Below, one piece after another: positions 38,396 through 48,196 of a stretch of 64,000 bases of DNA. Both the position numbers and the translations under genes were made by a program. Under the pieces are notes generated by a model. The model was not told the origin of the DNA. It ran no database searches and saw nothing but the letters and a program-made list of their open reading frames with translations. How positions within the stretch are numbered: the stretch's first letter is position 1; each line of letters opens with the position of its first letter. The stretch comes from a bacterium. GTDB lineage: Bacteria > Bacteroidota > Bacteroidia > Cytophagales > Cyclobacteriaceae. Location of the stretch: positions 11,610 to 75,609 of the forward strand of contig JANSWY010000006.1 in assembly GCA_024743255.1 (NCBI GenBank), read 5' to 3'.

Positions 38396-38950
38396 ATGGG
38401 ACTTTTTGATATGTTTAAAAAGAAGGAGAAGTTAAGTTATGATCCTAACAACGTGAAGGTCACGGATTTGGATTTCAACTTCATCCTTGATTATGATATG
38501 AAATCCTGGAAAGTTACAGAAGTATGGGAGTACGACTGGGGTGACAATAACTTTACATGGGAATACAAAATTGATGCAGGTGATGACGCAGCTTTTCTTC
38601 ATGTAGATGATGATGTACAGCTTACCTTGACGCTTACAAGACCTGTCAAAATTAGAAAAATAGATGAGGATCTTGTAGAGACTATAGTTAAGGATGAGAA
38701 GCCACCAAACAAGCTATTCTGGGAAGGTGAAAAATACTATTTGGATACTGATAGCGCTGGATACTGCAAAGATCACTCTAAAGAAACCAATGACTGGGAA
38801 GAATTCATCATGTGGGATTACTACAATGAAGATGAAACAAAAGTACTTTCCATAACTCAGTGGGATGAAAGAAATTTTGATGCGTATGCAGGAGAAGTAG
38901 TGCAGGAATTCCAGATAGAAAACATCATTCCGGCAGACCCAGAAGATTGA
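38396..38950 (+). CDS. Small Trp/Asp-rich soluble protein (tentatively DUF4178-like)
   Basis: 184 aa. WKVTEVWEYDWGDNNFTWEYKIDAGDDAAFLHVDDD…WEGEKYYLD. Family assignment not verified. Confidence 0.35.
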   Translation: MGLFDMFKKKEKLSYDPNNVKVTDLDFNFILDYDMKSWKVTEVWEYDWGDNNFTWEYKIDAGDDAAFLHVDDDVQLTLTLTRPVKIRKIDEDLVETIVKDEKPPNKLFWEGEKYYLDTDSAGYCKDHSKETNDWEEFIMWDYYNEDETKVLSITQWDERNFDAYAGEVVQEFQIENIIPADPED

Positions 38951-39038
38951 TTCTGAAACAAGGATTTCTCTGCTCACAGGATTTCACTATATTTAAGCAA
39001 CTTTATAATTGTGCTGTCACAAGAAATTGAAAACTAAA

Positions 39039-39767
39039 ATGAAACTCGCTAAACTATTTATTGCATCCATTGTAATATTATCCTTATCAGCCTGCGGTGG
39101 TAGCAAAAGGTTTCAAAAAAACCCAATTGATGATATTATCAAAGAAATTCCTACAGATCGCGTTTTTTCGATCATCCTACATGATATGGACGTTCAGGGT
39201 AATTTTTCTGATGCCTACTATCATCAGTATAAAATCATAGAAGAAGTAACTCCGGGAGAGCCTGAAGAAAGAATCACAGACTGGAAAAAAGTACCTGAGA
39301 CTGTTTTCAATATGCACATGAACAACATGGGTATGGAGATTGCTTCCAGAGGGGAAGATGGCAAATTGAGTAAAGCTGCAACACCTCCGGGATACAATAA
39401 CTACGTAGGTAACCCAAAATACGGGACCTGGAGACAGAGAGACGGATATAGCTTCTGGGAATTTTATGGACAATATGCTTTCATGAGAAGCATGTTCGGA
39501 TATGGTGGATATCCGGTTAGAAGATCATACTATGACGACTGGAGAGGTAATTATTACGGTACTGGAAGAACTTACTATGGGCCGACTTATGGAGGCACAA
39601 CTTACTACGGAACGTCTAGTAGCTACAACAGATCTTCAAGACCAAATTCTACCTGGAATAGTAAGCCTAACACCTTCAAGCAACGAGTTGCCAACCGAAC
39701 TTCAAGATCAAGTAGCAGATACAGTAGCTCAAGTTCAAGATCTCGTGGAGGAGGATTTGGTAAATAA
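39039..39767 (+). CDS. Lipoprotein with Tyr/Gly/Ser/Arg-rich low-complexity C-terminal tail
   Basis: ORF track starts at 39009; the ATG at 39039 gives MKLAKLFIASIVILSLSACGG (classic lipobox LSAC). The tail reads …GYGGYPVRRSYYDDWRGNYYGTGRTYYGPTYGGTTYYGTSSSYNRSSR…SRSSSRYSSSSSRSRGGGFGK. Confidence 0.5.
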   Translation: MKLAKLFIASIVILSLSACGGSKRFQKNPIDDIIKEIPTDRVFSIILHDMDVQGNFSDAYYHQYKIIEEVTPGEPEERITDWKKVPETVFNMHMNNMGMEIASRGEDGKLSKAATPPGYNNYVGNPKYGTWRQRDGYSFWEFYGQYAFMRSMFGYGGYPVRRSYYDDWRGNYYGTGRTYYGPTYGGTTYYGTSSSYNRSSRPNSTWNSKPNTFKQRVANRTSRSSSRYSSSSSRSRGGGFGK

Positions 39768-39829
39768 TTATCAGAGTTCAGAAAAAGAAATTAACCATAG
39801 CCAAATAGCTAAAACTTAACCTTAACACT

Positions 39830-40696
39830 ATGCATCCTATATTAGATGGAATTCTAACAACGATCGTTTACATCGCGGTTGCTTTTGTGCTTTTCTTTAT
39901 TGGTAAAGTCGTTTACCAACTGTTTAATCCCAAAATCAAAGTTGGACACGAGCTTGTCGAGAATGACAATTTTGCCTTTGCTATAGCATATGTTGGATAC
40001 TTTGGTGGTTTACTGCTCGCAATCGGAAGTGCCGTAATGGGTGAGTCGAGTGGATTTTTAGTTGATGACCTAATCGATATCGGTATTTACGGAGCATTGT
40101 CAATCCTATTATTGAACCTGTCCATTATTATCAATGACAAGGTAATCCTTTCAAAGTTCAATGTAAAAAAGGAGATCATTGAAGATAAAAATATAGGAAC
40201 GGGTGTTGTACAGGGTGCAAACTCAATAGCTACTGGTTTGATTATCTTAGGAGCTATCCACGGTGAAGGACACGGTGATGGTGGACCAATAATTACTGCA
40301 ATCATGTATTGGTTGCTAGGTCAGGGAATCATGTTTATTACCTCATTGGTTTACAACCTTATCACCCCTTATGATATTCATGAGCACATTGAGAAAAATA
40401 ATGCAGCAGTTGGTATTGGATATGCAGGAGCAATAATAGCAATAGCCAACCTTATCAGATTTGCTTTGATGCACGATTTTGAGAGCTGGGTTATTACATT
40501 AGAAGATGTTGGAATTGATGTCGCAATTGGACTTGTATTCCTACCGATAGTTAGAACACTAACTGACAAAATATTACTCCCTGGACAAAAACTTACTGAT
40601 GAAATTGTGAACCAGGAGCACCCGAATCACGGAGCTGCTATGGTTGAAGCTTTTGCTTACATAGGAGGTTCAGTATTAATTTGCTGGAGCCTGTAA
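39830..40696 (+). CDS. Glycine-rich multi-TM membrane protein with two homologous halves (tentatively DUF350-type repeats)
   Basis: 288 aa, roughly 8 TM helices, internal duplication (AFAIAYVGYFGGLLLAIGSAVMGE / AAVGIGYAGAIIAIANLIRFALMHD). Confidence 0.4.
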   Translation: MHPILDGILTTIVYIAVAFVLFFIGKVVYQLFNPKIKVGHELVENDNFAFAIAYVGYFGGLLLAIGSAVMGESSGFLVDDLIDIGIYGALSILLLNLSIIINDKVILSKFNVKKEIIEDKNIGTGVVQGANSIATGLIILGAIHGEGHGDGGPIITAIMYWLLGQGIMFITSLVYNLITPYDIHEHIEKNNAAVGIGYAGAIIAIANLIRFALMHDFESWVITLEDVGIDVAIGLVFLPIVRTLTDKILLPGQKLTDEIVNQEHPNHGAAMVEAFAYIGGSVLICWSL

Positions 40697-40786
40697 AGAA
40701 ATTAGGACGGAAAACCGGAGACCGAAGACTGAAGTTAAAATTAAACTCCGGTCTTCGGTCTTCCGTCTTCTGACCCATACCCATCA

Positions 40787-42328
40787 ATGAAGATCCACTC
40801 TCATATCCTTAAAATAGCGCTATTTGCCACCGGGCTGTCTGGTATTGTAGCAGAATATGTGCTTTCAACCCTTGCCACATACTTCCTTGGAGATTCAGTT
40901 TTTCAGTGGACGATGATTGTGTCTATCATGCTGTTCTCAATGGGATTGGGAAGCAGAATTAGTAAGTATCTTCTTAAGAACCTTATTGAGAAATTCGTCC
41001 TTATCGAATTTGTGCTTTCATTTCTGGCTGCCTTTGTTTCGGTAATTACTTATTTGTCAGCAGCATTTATTGGTATTGAAGGTTTGGTAATCTATTCATT
41101 AAGTGTGATAATCGGATTGCTTATAGGAATGGAAATTCCTTTAGTGATTAGACTCAATGATAAATATGAAGCACTGAGATCCAATATTTCCAGCGCTATG
41201 GAAAATGATTATTATGGAAGTCTATTAGGTGGAGTATTCTTTGCATTTGTTGGCCTCCCCTATCTTGGACTGACTTATACTCCTTTCATTCTGGGCACAG
41301 TAAATCTTTGTGTGGCACTCACATTGATGTTTATGCTATGGAAACAGCTGGAAAAGAAGACCCGAGTAAAGCTTGGAAGTGCTGCTGTGATAGTAGTGCT
41401 GCTGCTAACTACAGGTTCAATGTTTGCTAAAAGAACAATTGAATATGGTGAAAACAGAAGGTATGCAGATAAAGTCATCTACACTGAGCAGACGCCTTAT
41501 CAAAGAATAACAATTACACAATCTCACGGAGAGTTTTGGTTATTTATCAACGGAAACCAACAACTTAGCACCATAGATGAAGTGATGTATCACGAACCTC
41601 TGGTTCATCCTGTTATGAGACTTTCTCCAGATGCTAAAGACATACTGGTTCTTGGGGGCGGTGACGGTGGAGCAGTCAGGGAAATATTAAAATACAATAC
41701 AGTCAAATCCATCACACTGGTAGATTTAGATCCTGCAATGACTCAACTGGGGCAAACCTATCCCCTGCTTGTGGAGATGAATCAAAATGCTATGAATCAT
41801 CCAATGGTTGAGATCATCAATACCGACGGTTACAATTATCTTGAAGATTCCAAAAAGTTCTTTGATGCGATTATAATTGACCTGCCTGATCCAAAATCAA
41901 TAGAGCTTGGGAGGTTATATTCTTATGAATTCTATAAGATCTGTTATCGCCAATTAAGACCTCATGGAATAATCATTACTCAGGCTGGAAGTCCCTATTA
42001 CGCTGCAAAAGCTTTCAATTGTATCGACAAAACAATGGAGGAAGCAGGTTTCACTACTGCTCCATTACACAATCAGGTGGTAACACTTGGTGAATGGGGC
42101 TGGGTACTAGGTGCAAAGGAAATCGCTAAATCCAGGCTTAAAGAGAAACTGCAAGAATTAGATTTTGAAGGAGTAGAAACGCGATGGATCAATAAAGATG
42201 CAATGACGCTGATTACTTCCTTTGGCAAGGCTGCATTTCCAGAAGCTACTGACTCAGTTGAGATCAATAAGATTCACAATCCGGTCCTTTACAAGTATTA
42301 CCTGGATGGGAAGTGGGACTTATATTAG
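40787..42328 (+). CDS. speE: Membrane-anchored spermidine-synthase-like polyamine aminopropyltransferase (N-terminal multi-TM domain + SpeE fold)
   Basis: Roughly 200-aa N-terminal domain with 6-7 TM helices. SpeE core motifs ILVLGGGDGGAVREILKY, ITLVDLDPAMT, FDAIIIDLPDP. Confidence 0.7.
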   Translation: MKIHSHILKIALFATGLSGIVAEYVLSTLATYFLGDSVFQWTMIVSIMLFSMGLGSRISKYLLKNLIEKFVLIEFVLSFLAAFVSVITYLSAAFIGIEGLVIYSLSVIIGLLIGMEIPLVIRLNDKYEALRSNISSAMENDYYGSLLGGVFFAFVGLPYLGLTYTPFILGTVNLCVALTLMFMLWKQLEKKTRVKLGSAAVIVVLLLTTGSMFAKRTIEYGENRRYADKVIYTEQTPYQRITITQSHGEFWLFINGNQQLSTIDEVMYHEPLVHPVMRLSPDAKDILVLGGGDGGAVREILKYNTVKSITLVDLDPAMTQLGQTYPLLVEMNQNAMNHPMVEIINTDGYNYLEDSKKFFDAIIIDLPDPKSIELGRLYSYEFYKICYRQLRPHGIIITQAGSPYYAAKAFNCIDKTMEEAGFTTAPLHNQVVTLGEWGWVLGAKEIAKSRLKEKLQELDFEGVETRWINKDAMTLITSFGKAAFPEATDSVEINKIHNPVLYKYYLDGKWDLY

Positions 42329-42673
42329 AGTTTGGAGCAGTCCAATCTTGCTCAATCAAGTCTAAAGATAGAAAGATAAACTGACAACCGTCAGCCGTCA
42401 ACAGACAACTACTAAAACAACCTCAACTACAGTATTGGCACACTTATCTATACAATTCAGACACTAATCGAATATCTCTAAATAATACCGTTCTATGCAT
42501 TACTTTAGTATTGTATTCACGTAGAATACAAGGACAACAAGCGGTACAATTAGTTGAATTTGAGAGATTTATTGGACAGGACAAACTAACTAAACTCAAA
42601 TTCTAAGACGAAAATATAGGTACATTAACGAGCACTTATTTAGTAGAAATCTTCGGATTAATATTATGGTTGA

Positions 42674-42700
42674 AAGAGAAGCGTTCTGGGCTTCTCTTTT
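42674..42700 (+). terminator. Rho-independent terminator
   Basis: gagaagcgttctgggcttctc hairpin followed by ttttttatt. Confidence 0.5.
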
Positions 42701-42703
42701 TTA

Positions 42704-43951
42704 TTATCTGTACCTCACTTTAGTAAACCACACATCAAGTAGCGAAACACTCAAAGAGAACTTGGAATAGTTATCCTTGTAGAAGTCGCCCAAATCCTGC
42801 CCCCTATTTGTGTATTCATAAATAAATCGAATCATTGCCTTATTTCGTACGGGAAAACCAAACCCGCCAGTAAATCCTCTACTAACAATCTGTTCTTCAT
42901 CCAGAATCAAATAAGAGTCCTGCCTAAAAACTCCAAACCCATAATTCACTCTGCTAAACCAACTTTCTTCATTATACTTTGGTAATCTTTCCATACCAAA
43001 TGCCCAGCGATGACTATTGGTAAGCTGATATCCTTGCCCGGAGATATCGGTATCTGACCACATTTGCAAGTCATAATCCCCAGACACTTTGAACAGATCC
43101 CTCAAATTCCAGGAAATACCAACACCAAAGGATTGTGGAAGCGAGTATCCTATTTCGTCTATATCTTCAATAGTTACAGTATCATATGGCAACAGCGTAC
43201 TGGGATCCAGGTTGGAAACTATTAATTCCCGGTCTTCATTGAGAGAAGTACCAGGGTTATAAACTGCTCCTAATACAACTTCTGATCTATTTACAGGTAT
43301 CTTAATCTGAATACCTAAATCATAATTCAATGAGCTCAAAAACAGTTGATCATCAATACCGATATTATATCCCAATTGTGATGAGATAATCTTTTGATCA
43401 TTCTGAAGCGATCCGAAGATATAAGAACCATGAGCCCCAATTGAAATTGTATTCCAAAACTCTCGAGCGAACCCAAAATAGACTTCATTCAGCCCACCGC
43501 TCCCTTGGTAGTCAATGATATAATCCCCATTGATTCCACTAAAACTACTTTCTCCAAGAATAGAATAGTTCACATTGCTAAACTTCCTCAAACCAAAAGA
43601 AGCTCCAGAATTCTTACCTGTTTTAAATCCCATTGCCAAATAAGGAAATTGCATTTCAGATTGATAGCTGGTTTGATCTCCTTCTTTAGAAGTTCCGGTA
43701 GAAACATTTAATCCCCATTCAGTAATGGTATTGATCCTCCTAAAAGAACTGTAGGAAGCCGGATTTATATTATTTAGTGAAAATGGATTTCGGGAGGCAA
43801 TTCCTGTACCTCCAGTGATCATTTGTTGACCAAAACCTTTATGATATATATCTCCAATACCAAAATACGAATATGCTGAGCCATTCACATTCTGACCAGC
43901 CAATCGAACGGAAAACAATAATAGTAATGCTAAAAAGATGGATTTCTGCAT
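42704..43951 (-). CDS. Outer-membrane beta-barrel protein (porin/FadL-like)
   Basis: ORF track starts at 44023; the signal peptide begins at the internal Met (MQKSIFLALLLLFSVRLAGQ), giving start 43951. Rich in alternating aromatic/Gly strands. Confidence 0.45.
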   Translation of the reverse strand: MQKSIFLALLLLFSVRLAGQNVNGSAYSYFGIGDIYHKGFGQQMITGGTGIASRNPFSLNNINPASYSSFRRINTITEWGLNVSTGTSKEGDQTSYQSEMQFPYLAMGFKTGKNSGASFGLRKFSNVNYSILGESSFSGINGDYIIDYQGSGGLNEVYFGFAREFWNTISIGAHGSYIFGSLQNDQKIISSQLGYNIGIDDQLFLSSLNYDLGIQIKIPVNRSEVVLGAVYNPGTSLNEDRELIVSNLDPSTLLPYDTVTIEDIDEIGYSLPQSFGVGISWNLRDLFKVSGDYDLQMWSDTDISGQGYQLTNSHRWAFGMERLPKYNEESWFSRVNYGFGVFRQDSYLILDEEQIVSRGFTGGFGFPVRNKAMIRFIYEYTNRGQDLGDFYKDNYSKFSLSVSLLDVWFTKVRYR

Positions 43952-44165
43952 GCTTAATTTAATTTGAGTAAGCAAACTATCCGCACTTGTCAGAATTCTA
44001 AAAAAATCTCTACATCCAACCACATTTTATCTACCAAACCTATAATTCAATATAAAATTAGCTATAGAATTTGGTTAAAGGCAAAACATCTGATTTGGTC
44101 TAGAATATTGACCATCTCATCTATATTATTTTAAGAGCTTATTCATCCATATCAGCTTTGAGGTA

Positions 44166-45440
44166 ATGAATTTGACAAGAATCAGCATATTCCTCATCGC
44201 AGTAATACCATTTGTATGGTCATGCGAAAGCCCTTCATCTATTGGAGAGGACTTTGTACAGAATGAAATCGTAGATATCGTTTTTACAGATACTACAACA
44301 ATCAACATGTCAACCATATTATTTGATTCAATATCAACAACCAATACAGGACGATATCTGATTGGTTATCATGAGGACAATCAAATGGGAACAATTGAAT
44401 CTCAAGCCTATTTTAAGCTTGGGTTGGACTCAATTTCTACTTTTCCAGATGATGATGCAACTTATTTGTATACGGAGCTAGTATTATTTTATGACGACTA
44501 TTCTTACTATGATACGCTTCAAAGTATCTCTATAATGTTGTATCAATTGGATGAAGTATTAGAACCAATTGAGGATGACCTATTTTATAATACAGATGAG
44601 TTTGAATACAGCTCTGATCCTCTGGTTATGAACTCATTTACTCCAAGACCAAATCAAAGAGAAGAGCAGACTTTCACATTGAATGACCAGGAATTTGGGA
44701 GAGCTATATTTGAAGCTGCAAAAGAGCCTTTGGAATTCGCCGAAGATTATGAAGATTTATTAAAGGGTTTTGTTCTTAAAACAGATGGGCTCAATTCTGG
44801 AGCATTTATTGGATTTTCAGCAGGGTCATATATCGTAATCCATTTCAGAGAGGATGGTGAGGATAGGGAATTGAAACTTGCAGGACCAACCGAATCCCAT
44901 TTCAATAGTATTTTAACAGATCGCTCTGGTACCTATATCAGTCAGTTAGAAGGCGGAACCACTACCCTTTCTACATTCGAAAGTAATAATGTTGGCTATT
45001 TACAAGGTGGTTCTGGAGTTGGTTTGAAGATTGATTTACCAGGTGTTAGAAACATGCTTGAGGCAATTGACCCAGGCTATATCATAGATGCAAAGCTTTA
45101 TCTCACACCCATCAAAGGTAGCTACGAAGATGAAACTCCTTTGATCAACAATCTGGCCATCTATCAGGTGGATAAACTGAACAGAATCATCATTGACACA
45201 GAACTTGATTACACCCTCCAAATAGACAAGGAGTTTGAAGAGGACACAAATTATGAGGTTGACCTTCTTCCCTATATACAGTTAAAGTTACTTTCAGAAA
45301 CAGAGAATACTGATGGGCTTCTATTTCTGCCCGCAGCTACGGAAATGGGGAGATCGGTTGACCGCATGTACATCGGTGATCAGGTCAATGGTTATCGGGC
45401 CTCAGTTAAGATTTTTTTATTGGACTATATCGTTAATTAA
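44166..45440 (+). CDS. Hypothetical lipoprotein
   Basis: Signal peptide/lipobox IPFVWSC. No domain recognised. Confidence 0.4.
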   Translation: MNLTRISIFLIAVIPFVWSCESPSSIGEDFVQNEIVDIVFTDTTTINMSTILFDSISTTNTGRYLIGYHEDNQMGTIESQAYFKLGLDSISTFPDDDATYLYTELVLFYDDYSYYDTLQSISIMLYQLDEVLEPIEDDLFYNTDEFEYSSDPLVMNSFTPRPNQREEQTFTLNDQEFGRAIFEAAKEPLEFAEDYEDLLKGFVLKTDGLNSGAFIGFSAGSYIVIHFREDGEDRELKLAGPTESHFNSILTDRSGTYISQLEGGTTTLSTFESNNVGYLQGGSGVGLKIDLPGVRNMLEAIDPGYIIDAKLYLTPIKGSYEDETPLINNLAIYQVDKLNRIIIDTELDYTLQIDKEFEEDTNYEVDLLPYIQLKLLSETENTDGLLFLPAATEMGRSVDRMYIGDQVNGYRASVKIFLLDYIVN

Positions 45441-45445
45441 TATTT

Positions 45446-46453
45446 ATGAAAAACTTAAAAACAGCCATTTATTTTAGCATCTCACTTTTCTCAATATTCA
45501 TTCTCAGCTCTTGCGAAAATGATGGGGATAGTGATGACACAGTTGGCAACTGGGTTGAAAGCTCAGACTTTGAAGGTGATAAACGCTCCAATGCCGTCTC
45601 ATTCGTTATTGGTCAAATCGCATATGTTGGAACTGGCTATAACGGCACAGAAGATGAATACTATAACGACTTTTGGGCTTATGATTACAACCTTCAGTTC
45701 TGGAGAAGAGTTGCAGACTTTCCGGGAGCTCCAAGAACCGCAGCTGTAGCTTTCTCAATTGATGGTATCGGATATGTTGGAACGGGTTACGACGGAGATG
45801 ATGAATTAACAGATTTCTACAGTTATGACCCAGATACAGATTCATGGACTCAAATATCAGATTTTGCAGGTGAGAAACGTAGAGACGCAACGGCATTTGC
45901 AGTAGCTGGAAATGGTTATGTTGGCACTGGTTATGATGGTAGCAGCTTTAAAGATTTTTGGCAATATGACCCTTCAAATGATCACTGGGAGCAAATCCCA
46001 AGCCTCGGAGGTGGTAAAAGAAGACGGTCAATTTCATTTGTGATAGGTGACAAGGCATACGTAGGTACCGGAGATGATAATGGAGCATACGAATTTGATT
46101 TCTGGGAATTTGACCCGTCTCTCCTACCAGACTTTCCATGGACCAAGAAGTTAGATCTTGATGATGATGACGACTATTCAATTGCAAGGTCTGAAGCGGT
46201 TGCTTTTACTGTTGATGGGCTAGGTTATGTTGCAACAGGAAGTAACTCTTCTAATTTAAGTTCAATATGGGAATATAACCCCGGTTCTGATGTTTGGACT
46301 GAAATGACTGCTTTGGAGGGTGCTTCAAGAAGTGATGCTGTTGCATTTGTAATAAACAATGAAGCTTTCATTGCTACAGGTAAGAATGGAGCAACCTATT
46401 TTGATGATTTATGGAGATTCCAGCCTTTAGCAGAATTGGATGAAGATGATTAA
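45446..46453 (+). CDS. Lipoprotein with six roughly 47-aa beta-propeller-type (kelch-like) repeats
   Basis: Lipobox LSSC. Six repeats of the pattern AF.I.G.GYVGTGYDG…DFW.YD. Confidence 0.5.
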   Translation: MKNLKTAIYFSISLFSIFILSSCENDGDSDDTVGNWVESSDFEGDKRSNAVSFVIGQIAYVGTGYNGTEDEYYNDFWAYDYNLQFWRRVADFPGAPRTAAVAFSIDGIGYVGTGYDGDDELTDFYSYDPDTDSWTQISDFAGEKRRDATAFAVAGNGYVGTGYDGSSFKDFWQYDPSNDHWEQIPSLGGGKRRRSISFVIGDKAYVGTGDDNGAYEFDFWEFDPSLLPDFPWTKKLDLDDDDDYSIARSEAVAFTVDGLGYVATGSNSSNLSSIWEYNPGSDVWTEMTALEGASRSDAVAFVINNEAFIATGKNGATYFDDLWRFQPLAELDEDD

Positions 46454-47483
46454 CACTCAAAAAATGGGGATTTACAGGCTAGTATTTCATATCATAGTAC
46501 TGGCCTGTGTCCTTGTACCTCAAATACTTTTTATTGAAAGAGTAGGTCTGGATACTTTTCAATTTTCCACTATCCTACTTTTATGCTCAATCATAATTTT
46601 CCATTTTGGCCATATCTACTTTCTAATCCCAAGGCTGCTCAAGAAGCATCATAATAAAGCATACATTCTCTCAGTTATTGCTATTCTCTTAGCATTCTTT
46701 CTTACGGTATTCAACACATTTGATTTGTCCGGAGATACCATTATGCTAATGAGAAATAATGAGATCATAAGAACTTTCAAGCCCCAACCAATTCCTCCCG
46801 TTATTCCAATGGTGCTGCTAATTCTTGTAGGGCTGGTCTTTGAACTGATACTAGATAGAGAAGCACAAAGAAGAAAAGTCCTTGAATCAGAACAGGATAA
46901 ACTGCAGGTGGAATTAAAACTATTGAGATCTCAAATCAATCCTCATTTCTTCTTCAACACACTGCATAACATTTACTCGCTGGTTGTTTGCAAATCAGAG
47001 CAGGCAGAAGATGCGATACTTTTACTATCCGATTTGATGAGGTATGTTTTGTATGAAAACATCAATGGAAAAATTCATCTGAGTAAAGAAATTACATTTA
47101 TAGAAAATTACCTGGCTCTTCAAAGGTTGAGGGCGGATGAGTCTAATCAACCGGTAGTTTCATTTCAAAAAAAGAGTGCAGGTCATAAATTTCATATTGA
47201 ACCAATGTTATTGATGCCATTTGTAGAAAATGCGTTTAAACACAGTAAAAAAACATCCGAATCCAGCGTTTTAATTAAGCTTAAGGTTGTTAATAACGTA
47301 TTGATTTTCAACATTATAAATAGCATTAGCACAAACAATTACTCTTCCAACAAAACCTTCTCAGGCATTGGTCTGGCCAACATGAAAAGGCGCCTGAGTA
47401 TACTTTATCCCAACAAACACGATTTAATTATTCACAATAACGGAGAAACCTTCAGCGTAGAATTGTCATTGATATTGATATGA
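46440..47483 (+). CDS. LytS/YehU-type sensor histidine kinase (His_kinase PF06580-like)
   Basis: Multi-TM N-terminus, QINPHFFFNTLHNIYSL H-box, HATPase region. Confidence 0.7.
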   Translation: MKMINTQKMGIYRLVFHIIVLACVLVPQILFIERVGLDTFQFSTILLLCSIIIFHFGHIYFLIPRLLKKHHNKAYILSVIAILLAFFLTVFNTFDLSGDTIMLMRNNEIIRTFKPQPIPPVIPMVLLILVGLVFELILDREAQRRKVLESEQDKLQVELKLLRSQINPHFFFNTLHNIYSLVVCKSEQAEDAILLLSDLMRYVLYENINGKIHLSKEITFIENYLALQRLRADESNQPVVSFQKKSAGHKFHIEPMLLMPFVENAFKHSKKTSESSVLIKLKVVNNVLIFNIINSISTNNYSSNKTFSGIGLANMKRRLSILYPNKHDLIIHNNGETFSVELSLILI

Positions 47484-48196
47484 GATGTATCATTATTGAT
47501 GATGAGCCGCTGGCCATCAAATTGTTGGAGAATTATATTAAGAAAGTATCTAATCTGGAGTTGGTTGGCAAGTTTACTAACCCATATGATGCCTGGGAAT
47601 CTTTGATGCAACTACAAATTGATATCATATTACTGGATATCAACATGCCTGGACTTAGTGGTATTCAATTACTAAAATCAATTGACCTATCACATTCAAA
47701 AGTTATCTTCACAACCGGACATTCTGAATACGCCATTGAGGGTTTTAATCACGATGCTGCAGATTACCTACTCAAGCCATTTTCATTTGAGAGGTTTCTA
47801 AAGGCCGTTCATAAAGTTAAAAGACTCACTGCCACATCTCAAAGAACAATTGATAAACCTGAACAGGAAACATCATTGAACTTCATTCTTGTAAAATCGG
47901 AGCACAAAATTTTAAAAGTAGATCTAAAGGACATTCAATACATAGAAGGTTACAAGGATTACGTAAAAATTCACACACAGGAACAACGTCCTTTAATGAC
48001 CCTAAAAAGCATTAAGTCTCTCGAGGATCAATTAGTTACATCAGACTTCATAAGAATCCATAAATCCTATTTAATCTCGATCGATAAAATAAAAGAGATG
48101 CGAAATGGCAAAGTAAAAGTAAAGGATAAGTACTTGCCTATCAGCGACAGCTATAAATCTATATTCAATGAAAAAGTATTAATGGGACGGACTTAA
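47480..48196 (+). CDS. LytTR-family response regulator
   Basis: REC (MRCIIIDDEPLAI…LLDINMPGLSG) plus LytTR domain. Overlaps the kinase stop. Confidence 0.8.
   Translation: MRCIIIDDEPLAIKLLENYIKKVSNLELVGKFTNPYDAWESLMQLQIDIILLDINMPGLSGIQLLKSIDLSHSKVIFTTGHSEYAIEGFNHDAADYLLKPFSFERFLKAVHKVKRLTATSQRTIDKPEQETSLNFILVKSEHKILKVDLKDIQYIEGYKDYVKIHTQEQRPLMTLKSIKSLEDQLVTSDFIRIHKSYLISIDKIKEMRNGKVKVKDKYLPISDSYKSIFNEKVLMGRT

Noticed and set aside
39502-39819. 105-aa alternative-frame ORF overlapping the lipoprotein gene
   Set aside because: It is produced by the same Tyr/Gly/Ser-repeat DNA read in another frame. It has no independent start context and no signal peptide.
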